Origin: Ignavibacteria bacterium
Lineage (GTDB): Bacteria > Bacteroidota > Ignavibacteria > Kapaibacteriales > Kapaibacteriaceae
Reading direction: 5' to 3'
Length of the DNA: 64,000 nucleotides
NCBI GenBank assembly: GCA_947495975.1
Contig: CANMBE010000002.1
Location: 14,433 to 78,432, forward strand
Shown here: positions 40,745-49,810 of the stretch, one piece after another
Layout: every line of letters begins with the position of its first letter
How positions within the stretch are numbered: position 1 is the stretch's first letter
The notes under the pieces: model-generated
What the model was told of the DNA's origin: nothing
Database searches by the model: none
Seen by the model: only the letters and a program-made list of their open reading frames with translations
Made by a program: the position numbers and the translations under genes

Positions 40745-40893
40745 ATTATTCTCGTCATTACCGCTTCAAACGACAAAATGTTTCAGCCACGACCACCATG
40801 GAGAAAGACAATACAAGGCGCTCCAATCGTGCCAGTATCGCGAACATAGATTCTTTGCTCTACAATGTTCATAGCGTTGAGACTAGCGTTCAT
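40745..40893 (-). pseudogene. N-terminal fragment of an alpha/beta hydrolase (proline iminopeptidase-like)
   Basis: MNIVEQRIYVRDTGTIGAPCIVFLHGGRG*NILSFE matches the 'VFLHGGPG' start. In-frame TGA at 40783-40785; the rest of the gene is missing. Confidence 0.65.
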
Positions 40894-40943
40894 ACGGTGA
40901 ACAATTGCACTGATAAACTACGTTGTAAATCTGCGAATGACAA

Positions 40944-42161
40944 TCACGACTGCTCCACTACAACTGCCAGACCCTGACCAACACCAATACACAACGCAGC
41001 GGCACCATAGCGTACTCCGCGCCGCCGCATTTCACGCACAAGATGCCCAACAATACGGCCGCCACTCATGCCTAAAGGATGCCCTATTGCAATTGCTCCC
41101 CCGTTAACATTGACGATTTCAGGATCTACGCCTAGCTCGCGAATGCATGCAAGTGATTGCGCTGCGAAAGCTTCGTTGATTTCTATGAGTTGTAACTCTG
41201 CAACACCTATTCCGCTTCGCTCACATGCCAAACGAATCGCACCTACAGGTCCAATGCCCATGATGCGTGGGTCTACCCCAACAGCGCCAGAATGAACAAC
41301 GCGACCATATACATGATTCTGTAAGTGTGGCTGTGATCTGATTCCATTTTCGCTTGCTAGTATCATCATCGACGCACCATCATTGAGCGATGAAGAATTT
41401 CCAGCTGTCACCGAGCCACTCTTACGAAATGCAGGATTCAATTTTGCTAGCTGTTCGATAGTGGAGTCTCGACGGGGCATTTCATCTCTCGCTACAACTG
41501 TCTTATCACCCTTGCGCCCAGCAATCACAACTGGCACAATTTCTTCATCAAACAATCCGTTCTCTTGTGCAGTTGTTGCCAACAGATGAGAACGGAGAGC
41601 AAACACGTCCTGATCTTCTCTTGAAATATTCCAGCGCTCTGCAATATTCTCAGCAGTCTCGCCCATTACTTCCAATGGAAACAGAGCTTCCATTTTAGGA
41701 TTCGGATAACGCCAACCAAGCGCCGTATCAAATGCCGTGAGGTTGCCAAACGTTGCGCTACCTGAAACATTCTTTGGCACACTGTATGGAGCTCTAGACA
41801 TGCTTTCTACACCACCAACAACAAGGATATCACCCTCGCCACTTGTGATAGCGCGCATGCCCTGAATAATGGCTTCAAGTGATGATGCACAAAGTCTATT
41901 CACGGTAACGCCAGGCACGGTATCAGGAAGTCCAGCAAGGAGCCCAACCATCCGTGCAACATTGCGATTGTCCTCTCCTGCCTGATTTGCACACCCGAGT
42001 ATAACGTCATTGATCGAAGAAGGCTCAACACCTGTTCGTTCAACGAGTGCTCTCAAAAGACCAGCAGCCATATCATCGGGTCTCACAGAGCTTAAGACAC
42101 CTCCATACTTGCCAACTGGTGTTCTTAGGGGTTCGATAATATATGTCATGTTGATTTTCAT
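40944..42161 (-). CDS. Thiolase / acetyl-CoA C-acyltransferase (PaaJ/PcaF-like)
   Basis: [41 protein letters not shown]. Confidence 0.93.
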   Translation of the reverse strand: MKINMTYIIEPLRTPVGKYGGVLSSVRPDDMAAGLLRALVERTGVEPSSINDVILGCANQAGEDNRNVARMVGLLAGLPDTVPGVTVNRLCASSLEAIIQGMRAITSGEGDILVVGGVESMSRAPYSVPKNVSGSATFGNLTAFDTALGWRYPNPKMEALFPLEVMGETAENIAERWNISREDQDVFALRSHLLATTAQENGLFDEEIVPVVIAGRKGDKTVVARDEMPRRDSTIEQLAKLNPAFRKSGSVTAGNSSSLNDGASMMILASENGIRSQPHLQNHVYGRVVHSGAVGVDPRIMGIGPVGAIRLACERSGIGVAELQLIEINEAFAAQSLACIRELGVDPEIVNVNGGAIAIGHPLGMSGGRIVGHLVREMRRRGVRYGAAALCIGVGQGLAVVVEQS

Positions 42162-44857
42162 AGGGTTGAAAGATTACGTTCTATTTTCACAATAGCGTCA
42201 TTCCAATCACGATGCTTCTGGCGCTCGGCTTCAACTATATCTGGATTTGCATTCTGAATGAATGACGCATTATCCAATTTCTTTTCAACTCCGGTAACGG
42301 CATTTCGAAGTCGATCAACTTCCTTGGTAAGCCGAACTCGTTCTTTTTCTAGGTCGATCTTACCAGCCACGATGAGAAATATCTCAACGCCGCGAACAAC
42401 GTCTGCAACAGAGCCTACGGGCTTTGTAACAGATGAACCGATATTCAATTCTGCACAGCGACCAAGCGATGTAATCGTTGGAGCTTGCTCCGCAAAAAAT
42501 GGAACCATCACATCGGGTACGTTCAAGTGTACGTCAAGACGCTCTCCTGGTGGAATCTCCATTTCTGCGCGCTGTCTGCGGATTCCTTCAACAACATTTT
42601 GCAGAATCTCAAAACGCGTTTCAACCTCTTCATCAACAAGTAGAGAGTTGGATGTTGGAGCAGTTGTTGTTGAGATTGAATCATCAGCCCCCTTGCCAAA
42701 CAGTCCATGCCATAATTCTTCAGTGAGAAATGGCATCACTGGATGCAGAATTGTAAGCGTGCCTTCAATTATGGAGAAGGCGTGCAACATCAGTTGTGAT
42801 CTTTGTGCGTCTGATGTGGCCTGCGTGAATTGCACTTTAACAATCTCCACATACCAGTCACAGAAATCTCGCCAAATAAAGTCATACAGTATTTTAGAAT
42901 ATTCGGTAATGCGATAGTCGCGCAAAGCCGACGTAGCAAGCTGTACTGTTGTGTTGTAGCGTGATGCAATCCAGCGATCTGCAGTAGAAAGTACGTACGT
43001 GTCATTGCCATCTACGTCAACAATATCAGCCTGCTTCAATTGCAAAAATCTGCATGCATTCCATACTTTGTTGGCAAAGTTTCTACCCAATTCCATTGAC
43101 GGAATGTCTTGTGTTTTATCATCAATGTCGAGGCGCACGTCTGTACCCATTGGCGCTAGATAGATCATCGTAAATCGTACAGCATCGGCGCCATATTTCG
43201 CAATGACTGTTAATGGATCGGGAGAGTTGCCCAGAGACTTCGAAAGTTTTCTTCCTTTGGCGTCGCGAATAATTGACGTGAGATAGACATCACGAAATGG
43301 TACCTCACCTCGGAATTTGAGTGTGGCCATAACCATTCTCGCCACCCAGAAAAAGATGATGTCGGGTCCAGTCACTAGGAGATTAGATGGCAAATAGTAG
43401 CGCATGAGCTGCTCGCTCTCGCTGCTCTCATCATTGTGATGGAGCGCCGGGCCACGCCACTTCATTGTGGTCATTGGCCATAGCCACGCCGAGAACCATG
43501 TATCTAATACATCTTGGTCTTGCGTTAGGACAGCCCCCTCATCAAGACCGAGTTTTTCACGTGCGTGTTGAACGTCACGAGCTGCCGTGTTGCGCCCGTC
43601 TTCTGCGTAGTACACAGGTATGCGATGTCCCCACCACAATTGACGCGAGATACACCAATCGCGAATGTTCAACATCCAATGTTCGTATGTGCGTGCCCAA
43701 TGTTCTGGATACAACGTGATGCGACCATCCTGAACTGCTTTGAGTGCGGGTTCTGCTAAGGGGCTCATTTTCACAAACCACTGATCACTGAGGTAGGGCT
43801 CAACGGCCTCACCTCCGCGCTCGCTAAAGCCCACATTGTGTGTGTAGTCTTCCTTCTTTTCAAGAAGTTCTTGTAGTTCAAGGGCAACAACAACTTTCCT
43901 ACGAGCCACAAAACGGTCGAGTCCAGCGAACTCCCCCGCCAACTCATTGAGCGTTGCATCTGGGTTTATACATGCAGGCATTGGTAGACCATGACGTAGT
44001 CCAATCTCAAAGTCATTCGGATCATGAGCGGGAGTAATCTTAACGCAGCCAGTCCCAAACTCCGGATCAGCATAGTCATCGGCGATAATCGGCACAGATT
44101 GGCCCCCTATCGGCACAAGAACATTTTTACCAACAAGATGAGCGTAGCGGCTGTCGTGTGGATTCACAGCCACTGCAACGTCGGCAAAAATTGTTTCAGG
44201 GCGCACCGTAGCAACAAGTAGCGTTCCGGTGCCATCCTCTAGGTGGTACCTAAGCGTATAAAGGTGTTCCTTGACTTCTTTAAAGTTTACTTCTTCATCA
44301 CTAAGCGCGCTTTGTGCAAGGGGCGACCAATTAATGATGCGCTTTCCTCGATAGATGAGCCCCTCGTCAAACAGAGCAATGAATACGTCCCGAACGGCCT
44401 CAATCGCGGTATCGTCCATCGTGAACAGCGTCCGCTCCCAGTCACATGAAACTCCGAGCGTGCGAAGTTGACCTAGGATGATATCGCCATATTTGCCCTT
44501 CCAGTCCCATACCTTTTCAATAAACTGGTCCCGGCCAAGGTTGTGGCGGGAAATCCCTTCCTTCTTGAGCTCTTGCTCTACCTTCGTCTGAGTTGCAATA
44601 CCGGCATGGTCTAGTCCGGGGAACCAACATGCTTCACGGCCCGAGAGCCGAGCCCACCGAATGTAGATGTCTTGTAGCGTATTATTCAACACGTGACCAA
44701 AGTGCAGGATTCCTGTCACGTTTGGCGGCGGCATAAGCACTGAGTATGGTTGGCCCTCAGATGGCGCGGACTGCGTTATACCCGTGCGCTGCCATACTTC
44801 ATACCAATGTTGTTCTGAGGCGGCTGAGCTGTAGAATTTTTCGAGGGGTGCGGACAT
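42158..44857 (-). CDS. valS: Valine--tRNA ligase
   Basis: [42 protein letters not shown]-terminal coiled-coil arm. Confidence 0.97.
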   Translation of the reverse strand: MSAPLEKFYSSAASEQHWYEVWQRTGITQSAPSEGQPYSVLMPPPNVTGILHFGHVLNNTLQDIYIRWARLSGREACWFPGLDHAGIATQTKVEQELKKEGISRHNLGRDQFIEKVWDWKGKYGDIILGQLRTLGVSCDWERTLFTMDDTAIEAVRDVFIALFDEGLIYRGKRIINWSPLAQSALSDEEVNFKEVKEHLYTLRYHLEDGTGTLLVATVRPETIFADVAVAVNPHDSRYAHLVGKNVLVPIGGQSVPIIADDYADPEFGTGCVKITPAHDPNDFEIGLRHGLPMPACINPDATLNELAGEFAGLDRFVARRKVVVALELQELLEKKEDYTHNVGFSERGGEAVEPYLSDQWFVKMSPLAEPALKAVQDGRITLYPEHWARTYEHWMLNIRDWCISRQLWWGHRIPVYYAEDGRNTAARDVQHAREKLGLDEGAVLTQDQDVLDTWFSAWLWPMTTMKWRGPALHHNDESSESEQLMRYYLPSNLLVTGPDIIFFWVARMVMATLKFRGEVPFRDVYLTSIIRDAKGRKLSKSLGNSPDPLTVIAKYGADAVRFTMIYLAPMGTDVRLDIDDKTQDIPSMELGRNFANKVWNACRFLQLKQADIVDVDGNDTYVLSTADRWIASRYNTTVQLATSALRDYRITEYSKILYDFIWRDFCDWYVEIVKVQFTQATSDAQRSQLMLHAFSIIEGTLTILHPVMPFLTEELWHGLFGKGADDSISTTTAPTSNSLLVDEEVETRFEILQNVVEGIRRQRAEMEIPPGERLDVHLNVPDVMVPFFAEQAPTITSLGRCAELNIGSSVTKPVGSVADVVRGVEIFLIVAGKIDLEKERVRLTKEVDRLRNAVTGVEKKLDNASFIQNANPDIVEAERQKHRDWNDAIVKIERNLSTL

Positions 44858-44897
44858 AGACTAGAGGTAAATGCGATATTACGAATGCCAAGAATGT

Positions 44898-44905
44898 CAA
44901 AGATA
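44898..44905 (-). promoter_or_regulatory. -7 promoter element TATCTTTG for valS
   Basis: Exact TAnnTTTG, 40 nt upstream of the valS ATG. Confidence 0.6.
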
Positions 44906-45097
44906 TGGTTTCTCCATGGAGACGTAACTCCCTGTCATATGAAGACATAATCATGCAAATCGTCGGCCGTTCGGTCGTTACCCCGTATATTGAGAGTAAG
45001 ACGAATCAGTTGAGAGTCGTACGCTAGGTTTACACTTGGATTGTTAAGGGCTTAACAACAGTTAAATTCACGAAACTTGCTATTCGAAGGAGGACGT

Positions 45098-45436
45098 ATG
45101 AGTAAATGGAACGGCGCCATGGTGGCAATAGCTTCCCTAGGCTTGGCGCTGGTGCTAACGTCATGCGGTTGCAAGATCAAGGATGAGCAATTGGCACAAA
45201 TTCGCCAACTGCGCACCGAAGAGAAGCAAATCGCAATGGACACGAAAAAATCAGAGGCTGACCGCTCGCGTATTCAAAGCGAACTCAGCAACCGCCAAGG
45301 TGAGGTTCGCAATTGCACCCAACGCCTGTCTTTTGTTCAGGAAAAGAAGGCAAAATGGCCAAATGTATGGCCTGAATGGGATCCAAGTGCCCCAGAGCCT
45401 ATGCCAGAACCAACTCCATCTCCTAAAAAGAAATAA
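45098..45436 (+). CDS. Small coiled-coil lipoprotein (112 aa)
   Basis: AAGGAGGA Shine-Dalgarno-like motif, lipobox LTS/C, about 55-residue heptad helix, Pro-rich tail ending PKKK. Confidence 0.85.
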   Translation: MSKWNGAMVAIASLGLALVLTSCGCKIKDEQLAQIRQLRTEEKQIAMDTKKSEADRSRIQSELSNRQGEVRNCTQRLSFVQEKKAKWPNVWPEWDPSAPEPMPEPTPSPKKK

Positions 45437-45457
45437 GCCACAAAAGGACACAATAAC

Positions 45458-46288
45458 ATGAAGAAATTCCTTCTCATCTCGCTGTTCTGTGGCTTCGTAA
45501 TCCCTGCCTTCGCACAACAAGTTCCTCCGCCACCTGCTAGTAAGGTAGACGAGATGCTCACGTGTGATGAAGCGGATTCACGAATCATGCAGTATCAAGG
45601 CCTGAATGCCACAGCAAAAGCAAAATATGATGCTGTACTCGCAGACATCATGAAGGCCGAAGGCGATCTAGCCACTGCCGTTACAGTGCTGAAAAAGTGC
45701 AGCGATGATATTTACGCGATGGTTAATGCTACTGAAGCTGACGTGAACTCGTTCCGTCAACGCCTCGGTCAGATTGAAGGCCGTGTGCGTGAAATGCAAA
45801 GACTTACCGATGACCAACTTGCTGACCGCCAAGACGAAGTAAAGGTGCTTGATGGCTCACTCAACGAAATGGCTCGTGAGCAAATCGCAATCATTCCTGA
45901 GTTTTACGATCGCGCTCTTTCGCTTCACCGAGACATCAAGGGTCTCTACCGCGAGAAGAAGATCAAGGGCTATACGGTTGGTACATGGGCAGAGAATAAA
46001 GATTGCCTTTGGAACATCGCAGGACGCCAAGAGATTTATGCCGACCCCTTTCAGTGGCCAAAGATTTGGCAGGCAAACACAGATAAGATTAAGAACCCAG
46101 ACGTTATTCAACCAGGCTGGAATCTTGCAGTGCCACCTCCGGGCCCAAAGACTTCTGATGAAATGAAGGCAGAACGTACATACTGGCGCAAGAAGCGCGT
46201 AGCTGCTTCAGCATTGACTGCACCTACAGAAACAGCAACGCCTGCAGTACCAGCACAGACAACAAAGAAGACAGAAGCCGGTAACTAA
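45458..46288 (+). CDS. Secreted coiled-coil protein with a LysM peptidoglycan-binding domain
   Basis: Signal peptide AFA/Q, long helical region, YTV...DCLWNIA..IY..PFQWPKIWQANTDKIKNPDVIQPGWNLAVP (LysM). Confidence 0.88.
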   Translation: MKKFLLISLFCGFVIPAFAQQVPPPPASKVDEMLTCDEADSRIMQYQGLNATAKAKYDAVLADIMKAEGDLATAVTVLKKCSDDIYAMVNATEADVNSFRQRLGQIEGRVREMQRLTDDQLADRQDEVKVLDGSLNEMAREQIAIIPEFYDRALSLHRDIKGLYREKKIKGYTVGTWAENKDCLWNIAGRQEIYADPFQWPKIWQANTDKIKNPDVIQPGWNLAVPPPGPKTSDEMKAERTYWRKKRVAASALTAPTETATPAVPAQTTKKTEAGN

Positions 46289-46311
46289 TACGTACCTGCA
46301 GTGCAACTTTC

Positions 46312-46341
46312 AAAGGGCCCGTTTATCGGGCCCTTTTTTTT
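46312..46341 (+). terminator. Intrinsic terminator
   Basis: AAAGGGCCCG-TTTAT-CGGGCCC-TTTTTTTT. Confidence 0.9.
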
Positions 46342-46380
46342 GATGTATTTTTGAAAATTCCCCACCAAATCACCACATAG

Positions 46381-47382
46381 ATGCAAATTGTAGAGAAGAA
46401 AATCAAGCTTACGGACATCGACCTTCTCGAATTGTTCGGGCCACAAGAGGCCCATCTGCAACTCATTGAGAATAAATTCGATACAGCTATCACCGTTCGC
46501 GGTGATACTATGGTTCTTCGCGGTGAACCAATCGAAGTCAAAAAAATTGAACAGATCTTTCAAGAGCTAACGCATTCTCTGAAACGCACAGGCAGACTAC
46601 AACTCGCAGATGTATCAATGATTGTGGACCTCGTTGATGGCGGTCGCGCGGGTGTAGCACCGAGTTCCATGAGCAAGGAGGAACTTGACTCTGTGATCTT
46701 GTGGGGTAAGAAAGAAATGATTCGTGCGCGTACGCCGCGTCAAATGGAGTATTACCGAAAAGTTCGCACCAATGATCTCGTATTTAGCATAGGTCCCGCA
46801 GGTACAGGAAAAACGTTTCTTGCAGTTGCAATGGCTCTAGCAGCTCTACGCGCCAATGAGATCTCGCGAATCATCCTATCTCGTCCAGCAGTTGAGGCCG
46901 GCGAGTCGCTCGGTTTTCTACCTGGTGACATCTCAGAGAAAGTTGATCCATACCTCCGCCCCCTCCTCGATGCATTGAGCGACATGGTGAGCCCAGACAA
47001 ACTCAAGAGCATGATCGAAAAACGAATTGTAGAAATCATCCCGCTAGCATACATGCGCGGTCGAACGCTGAACAACTCCTTCATCATCCTAGACGAAGCA
47101 CAGAACGCCTCGAGAACACAGATGAAAATGTTTCTTACTCGACTTGGTAGGAATTCTAAAGCGGTTGTTACTGGCGATGTAACTCAGATTGACCTTCCTA
47201 AGAAATACGACTCTGGACTAATGGATGTTTTTGAACTCTTTGGTGGTATTAGTGGTATTGATTTCATTGAGTTTGAAAAATCAGATGTGATGAGGCATAG
47301 ACTCGTCATGGAAATTGTTGCTGCCTATGAACGAGATGCTGAAAAGAAGCAGAGAATCAATGGAGATAGCAAGCCGATATGA
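46381..47382 (+). CDS. phoH: PhoH family ATPase (YbeZ-like)
   Basis: GPAGTGKT, SRPAVEAGESLGFLPG, AYMRGRTL, DEAQN, GDVTQIDL. TATTTTTG promoter element at 46346-46353. Confidence 0.93.
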   Translation: MQIVEKKIKLTDIDLLELFGPQEAHLQLIENKFDTAITVRGDTMVLRGEPIEVKKIEQIFQELTHSLKRTGRLQLADVSMIVDLVDGGRAGVAPSSMSKEELDSVILWGKKEMIRARTPRQMEYYRKVRTNDLVFSIGPAGTGKTFLAVAMALAALRANEISRIILSRPAVEAGESLGFLPGDISEKVDPYLRPLLDALSDMVSPDKLKSMIEKRIVEIIPLAYMRGRTLNNSFIILDEAQNASRTQMKMFLTRLGRNSKAVVTGDVTQIDLPKKYDSGLMDVFELFGGISGIDFIEFEKSDVMRHRLVMEIVAAYERDAEKKQRINGDSKPI

Positions 47383-48158
47383 ATGAACTGTTCAGAATCG
47401 GATTTCTGGCATTCACGTGGATTGACCTCGTTGACGTATTACTCATAACGATTCTCTTCTACGTTGTTTATCACACACTGCGCGATACCCTAGCAGTGCA
47501 GATCCTTATTGTATTGGGTCTGGTGCTCATTCTGAGCTTTGTAACTGATGCAGCAGGAATGAGGTCAGTAAATTGGGTTCTTCGGCGTATCGGAGACATT
47601 GGATTGATTGCATTCGTAGTGCTCTTTCAGCCTGAACTCCGAAGAGTACTACTCATTCTCACTCAGTCTCGACTTTTCCGCGTGTTTGTACGAATGAGCA
47701 ATTCCGAGACAATAGATGATGTGATTGAGGCCGTCACAGATCTTGCCGCAAAACACATTGGCGCTCTCATTGTGTTCTCGCGTTCTGAGCACATCAAGGT
47801 AACTGTTGATACTGGCATTGAGCTTCATGCGAGTGTTTCATCCGAACTCTTACTGTCCATCTTCAACCCACGTTCGCCACTCCATGACGGTGCAATTGTT
47901 ATCGATAATCGCTCACTCGTTGCTGCCCGTTGTGTTTTGCCCCTTAGCAGCACCCAACGAGTTGGTACCAGGAACCTCGGTACACGTCACAGAGCAGGGC
48001 TTGGGTTAGCCGAACAAGCAGACGTTGTTGTTCTCATCCTTTCTGAAGAGCGAGGCACTGTAAGCCTTGCATACAGAGGCGAGCTCGAGCTTGATATTCC
48101 CCTTCATGATCTGCGTGATAGATTGCAAGAAAGACTTGCTTCCATTGCTGCCGTATAA
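47379..48158 (+). CDS. cdaA: Diadenylate cyclase CdaA
   Basis: 3 N-terminal TM helices, FQPELRR, PLHDGA and GTRHRA catalytic motifs. Confidence 0.93.
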   Translation: MNELFRIGFLAFTWIDLVDVLLITILFYVVYHTLRDTLAVQILIVLGLVLILSFVTDAAGMRSVNWVLRRIGDIGLIAFVVLFQPELRRVLLILTQSRLFRVFVRMSNSETIDDVIEAVTDLAAKHIGALIVFSRSEHIKVTVDTGIELHASVSSELLLSIFNPRSPLHDGAIVIDNRSLVAARCVLPLSSTQRVGTRNLGTRHRAGLGLAEQADVVVLILSEERGTVSLAYRGELELDIPLHDLRDRLQERLASIAAV

Positions 48159-48169
48159 GTAGACCGTAT

Positions 48170-48847
48170 ATGACCCTCAGACCAGCTCGAATTTTTACTC
48201 CATTTGATGTACAAAGACAAGGCCTTGTTGATGTTCTGCGTTCACGTGGCATCGTTGATGAGTCAGTCCTTGCATCTATTCATATCGTTCCTCGCGAAAT
48301 GTTTGTGCCCCCTGCCATGACGGGTCGTGCATATGAAGATTCGGCCCTCCCTATCGATAATCGGCAGACCATCTCTCAGCCCTATACCGTTGCCTTCATG
48401 ACCCAAGCACTTCGTCTTACAAGAGGAATGAAAGTGTTGGAGATTGGGACCGGTAGTGGCTACCAAGCCGCAGTGCTTGCTCAGATTGGTGCCAATGTTG
48501 TCTCCATTGAACGTCATCCATTGTTATCGAGCAAGGCACGCTCCGTGTTATCCTCACTGGGCTATACAGTGAATTGCCGGGTAGGTGATGGAACCATCGG
48601 CTTTCGTGAGGGTGGGCCCTACGATGGCATCATTGTAACGGCAGGCGCTCCCGATGTTCCGGAGCCCCTTGCCAAGCAGCTTGTTGTTGGCGGACGTTTA
48701 GTTGTTCCAGTTGGATCGCTCGAAAACCAAACACTGTACCGTGTTATCCGCACGGCTGAAGATGCTTGGAAAGTAGAAGACCTTGGCCCATTTAAATTTG
48801 TGCCGCTCATCGGTAGGTCAGGTTGGGATGAATCCATTACTCCTTGA
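48170..48847 (+). CDS. pcm: Protein-L-isoaspartate O-methyltransferase
   Basis: QTISQPY, VLEIGTGSGYQAA, PYDGIIVTAG, FVPLIG. Confidence 0.95.
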   Translation: MTLRPARIFTPFDVQRQGLVDVLRSRGIVDESVLASIHIVPREMFVPPAMTGRAYEDSALPIDNRQTISQPYTVAFMTQALRLTRGMKVLEIGTGSGYQAAVLAQIGANVVSIERHPLLSSKARSVLSSLGYTVNCRVGDGTIGFREGGPYDGIIVTAGAPDVPEPLAKQLVVGGRLVVPVGSLENQTLYRVIRTAEDAWKVEDLGPFKFVPLIGRSGWDESITP

Positions 48848-49799
48848 AAACCGAAACGTACTCGTGATAGCTGGACCCACTGCTGTTGGTAAAACGGCCG
48901 TTGCCCTTGCTCTTGCAGATCATCTGCGGTGCGAGATCATTGGTGCTGATGCGCGCCAAGTGTACCGCACCATGGATATCGGCACTGCAAAGCCAACTGC
49001 AGAAGAACAAAGCCGAGTACATCATTATTGTATTGATATTCGTGATCCACATGAATCATACAGTGCGGCCGAATACGCTTCGGACGCACGTGCAGCAATA
49101 TCATCTGTAGCGCTTGATACCTTGCCAATCATGGTAGGAGGCTCTGGGCTGTACATCAGTGCTGCGCTTGACGGTCTTTCAACTGGTGGTACTGCCTCTG
49201 ATCCAAGCGTACGAGATGAATTGCAACGAGACTTTGATGAACGTGGAAGAGAATCAATGTTTCTTGAGCTTGAAGATCTCGATCCACGTGCCGCACAACG
49301 ATACGCCGACCGTAATCCCAGACGAGTACAACGTGCGCTCGAGTTTATTCGCATAACAGGACGCCCCTTTTCAAGCACATGGGACTTGCCTCGCGATAGT
49401 CCAGGAGTAAACGCACTCTACGTTTGTATTTCGCAAGACCAACGAGACCTTCACACCTTGATTCATTCCCGATGTGAGAACATGTGGGCTTCGGGATTAC
49501 TTCAAGAGACAAAGGATGTTTTGGACCTTGGCGTTACCCGCAGTGCACAATCATTGCACACTGTAGGTTACCATGAAGCGTTAGCAGTGATTGATGGGGT
49601 GTTTACAGAGCAAGAAGCCATTGCAGCAATGAAGACGTCAACTCGTCGTTATGCAAAAAGGCAACGCACATGGTTTGCCAAGGATGATCGTTATACATGG
49701 TTGAGTGGACCTGTAGACACAATGACGAAACAGGTACTTGCTCTTCTTGATCGCAATAGTTGGTTGCAAGCCTTCGTAGATTTGCATAACAGTAGATAA
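48828..49799 (+). CDS. miaA: tRNA dimethylallyltransferase
   Basis: GPTAVGKT, DARQVYRTMDIGTAKP, VGGSGLY, TRRYAKRQRTWF. Confidence 0.95.
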   Translation: MNPLLLENRNVLVIAGPTAVGKTAVALALADHLRCEIIGADARQVYRTMDIGTAKPTAEEQSRVHHYCIDIRDPHESYSAAEYASDARAAISSVALDTLPIMVGGSGLYISAALDGLSTGGTASDPSVRDELQRDFDERGRESMFLELEDLDPRAAQRYADRNPRRVQRALEFIRITGRPFSSTWDLPRDSPGVNALYVCISQDQRDLHTLIHSRCENMWASGLLQETKDVLDLGVTRSAQSLHTVGYHEALAVIDGVFTEQEAIAAMKTSTRRYAKRQRTWFAKDDRYTWLSGPVDTMTKQVLALLDRNSWLQAFVDLHNSR

Positions 49800-49810
49800 C
49801 GAAAGCGCGT

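Noticed and set aside
40783-40785. In-frame TGA as possible recoding or selenocysteine
   Set aside because: TGA is a normal stop for many genes here, the fragment is truncated, and the neighbouring remnant has frameshifts. Decay explains it.
42258-42917. 219-aa plus-strand ORF
   Set aside because: Antisense shadow of valS.
44906-45097. c-di-AMP (ydaO) riboswitch before the LysM unit, or a T-box before valS
   Set aside because: I could not find the conserved ydaO or T-box sequence motifs, and the valS leader appears to be only about 35-40 nt.
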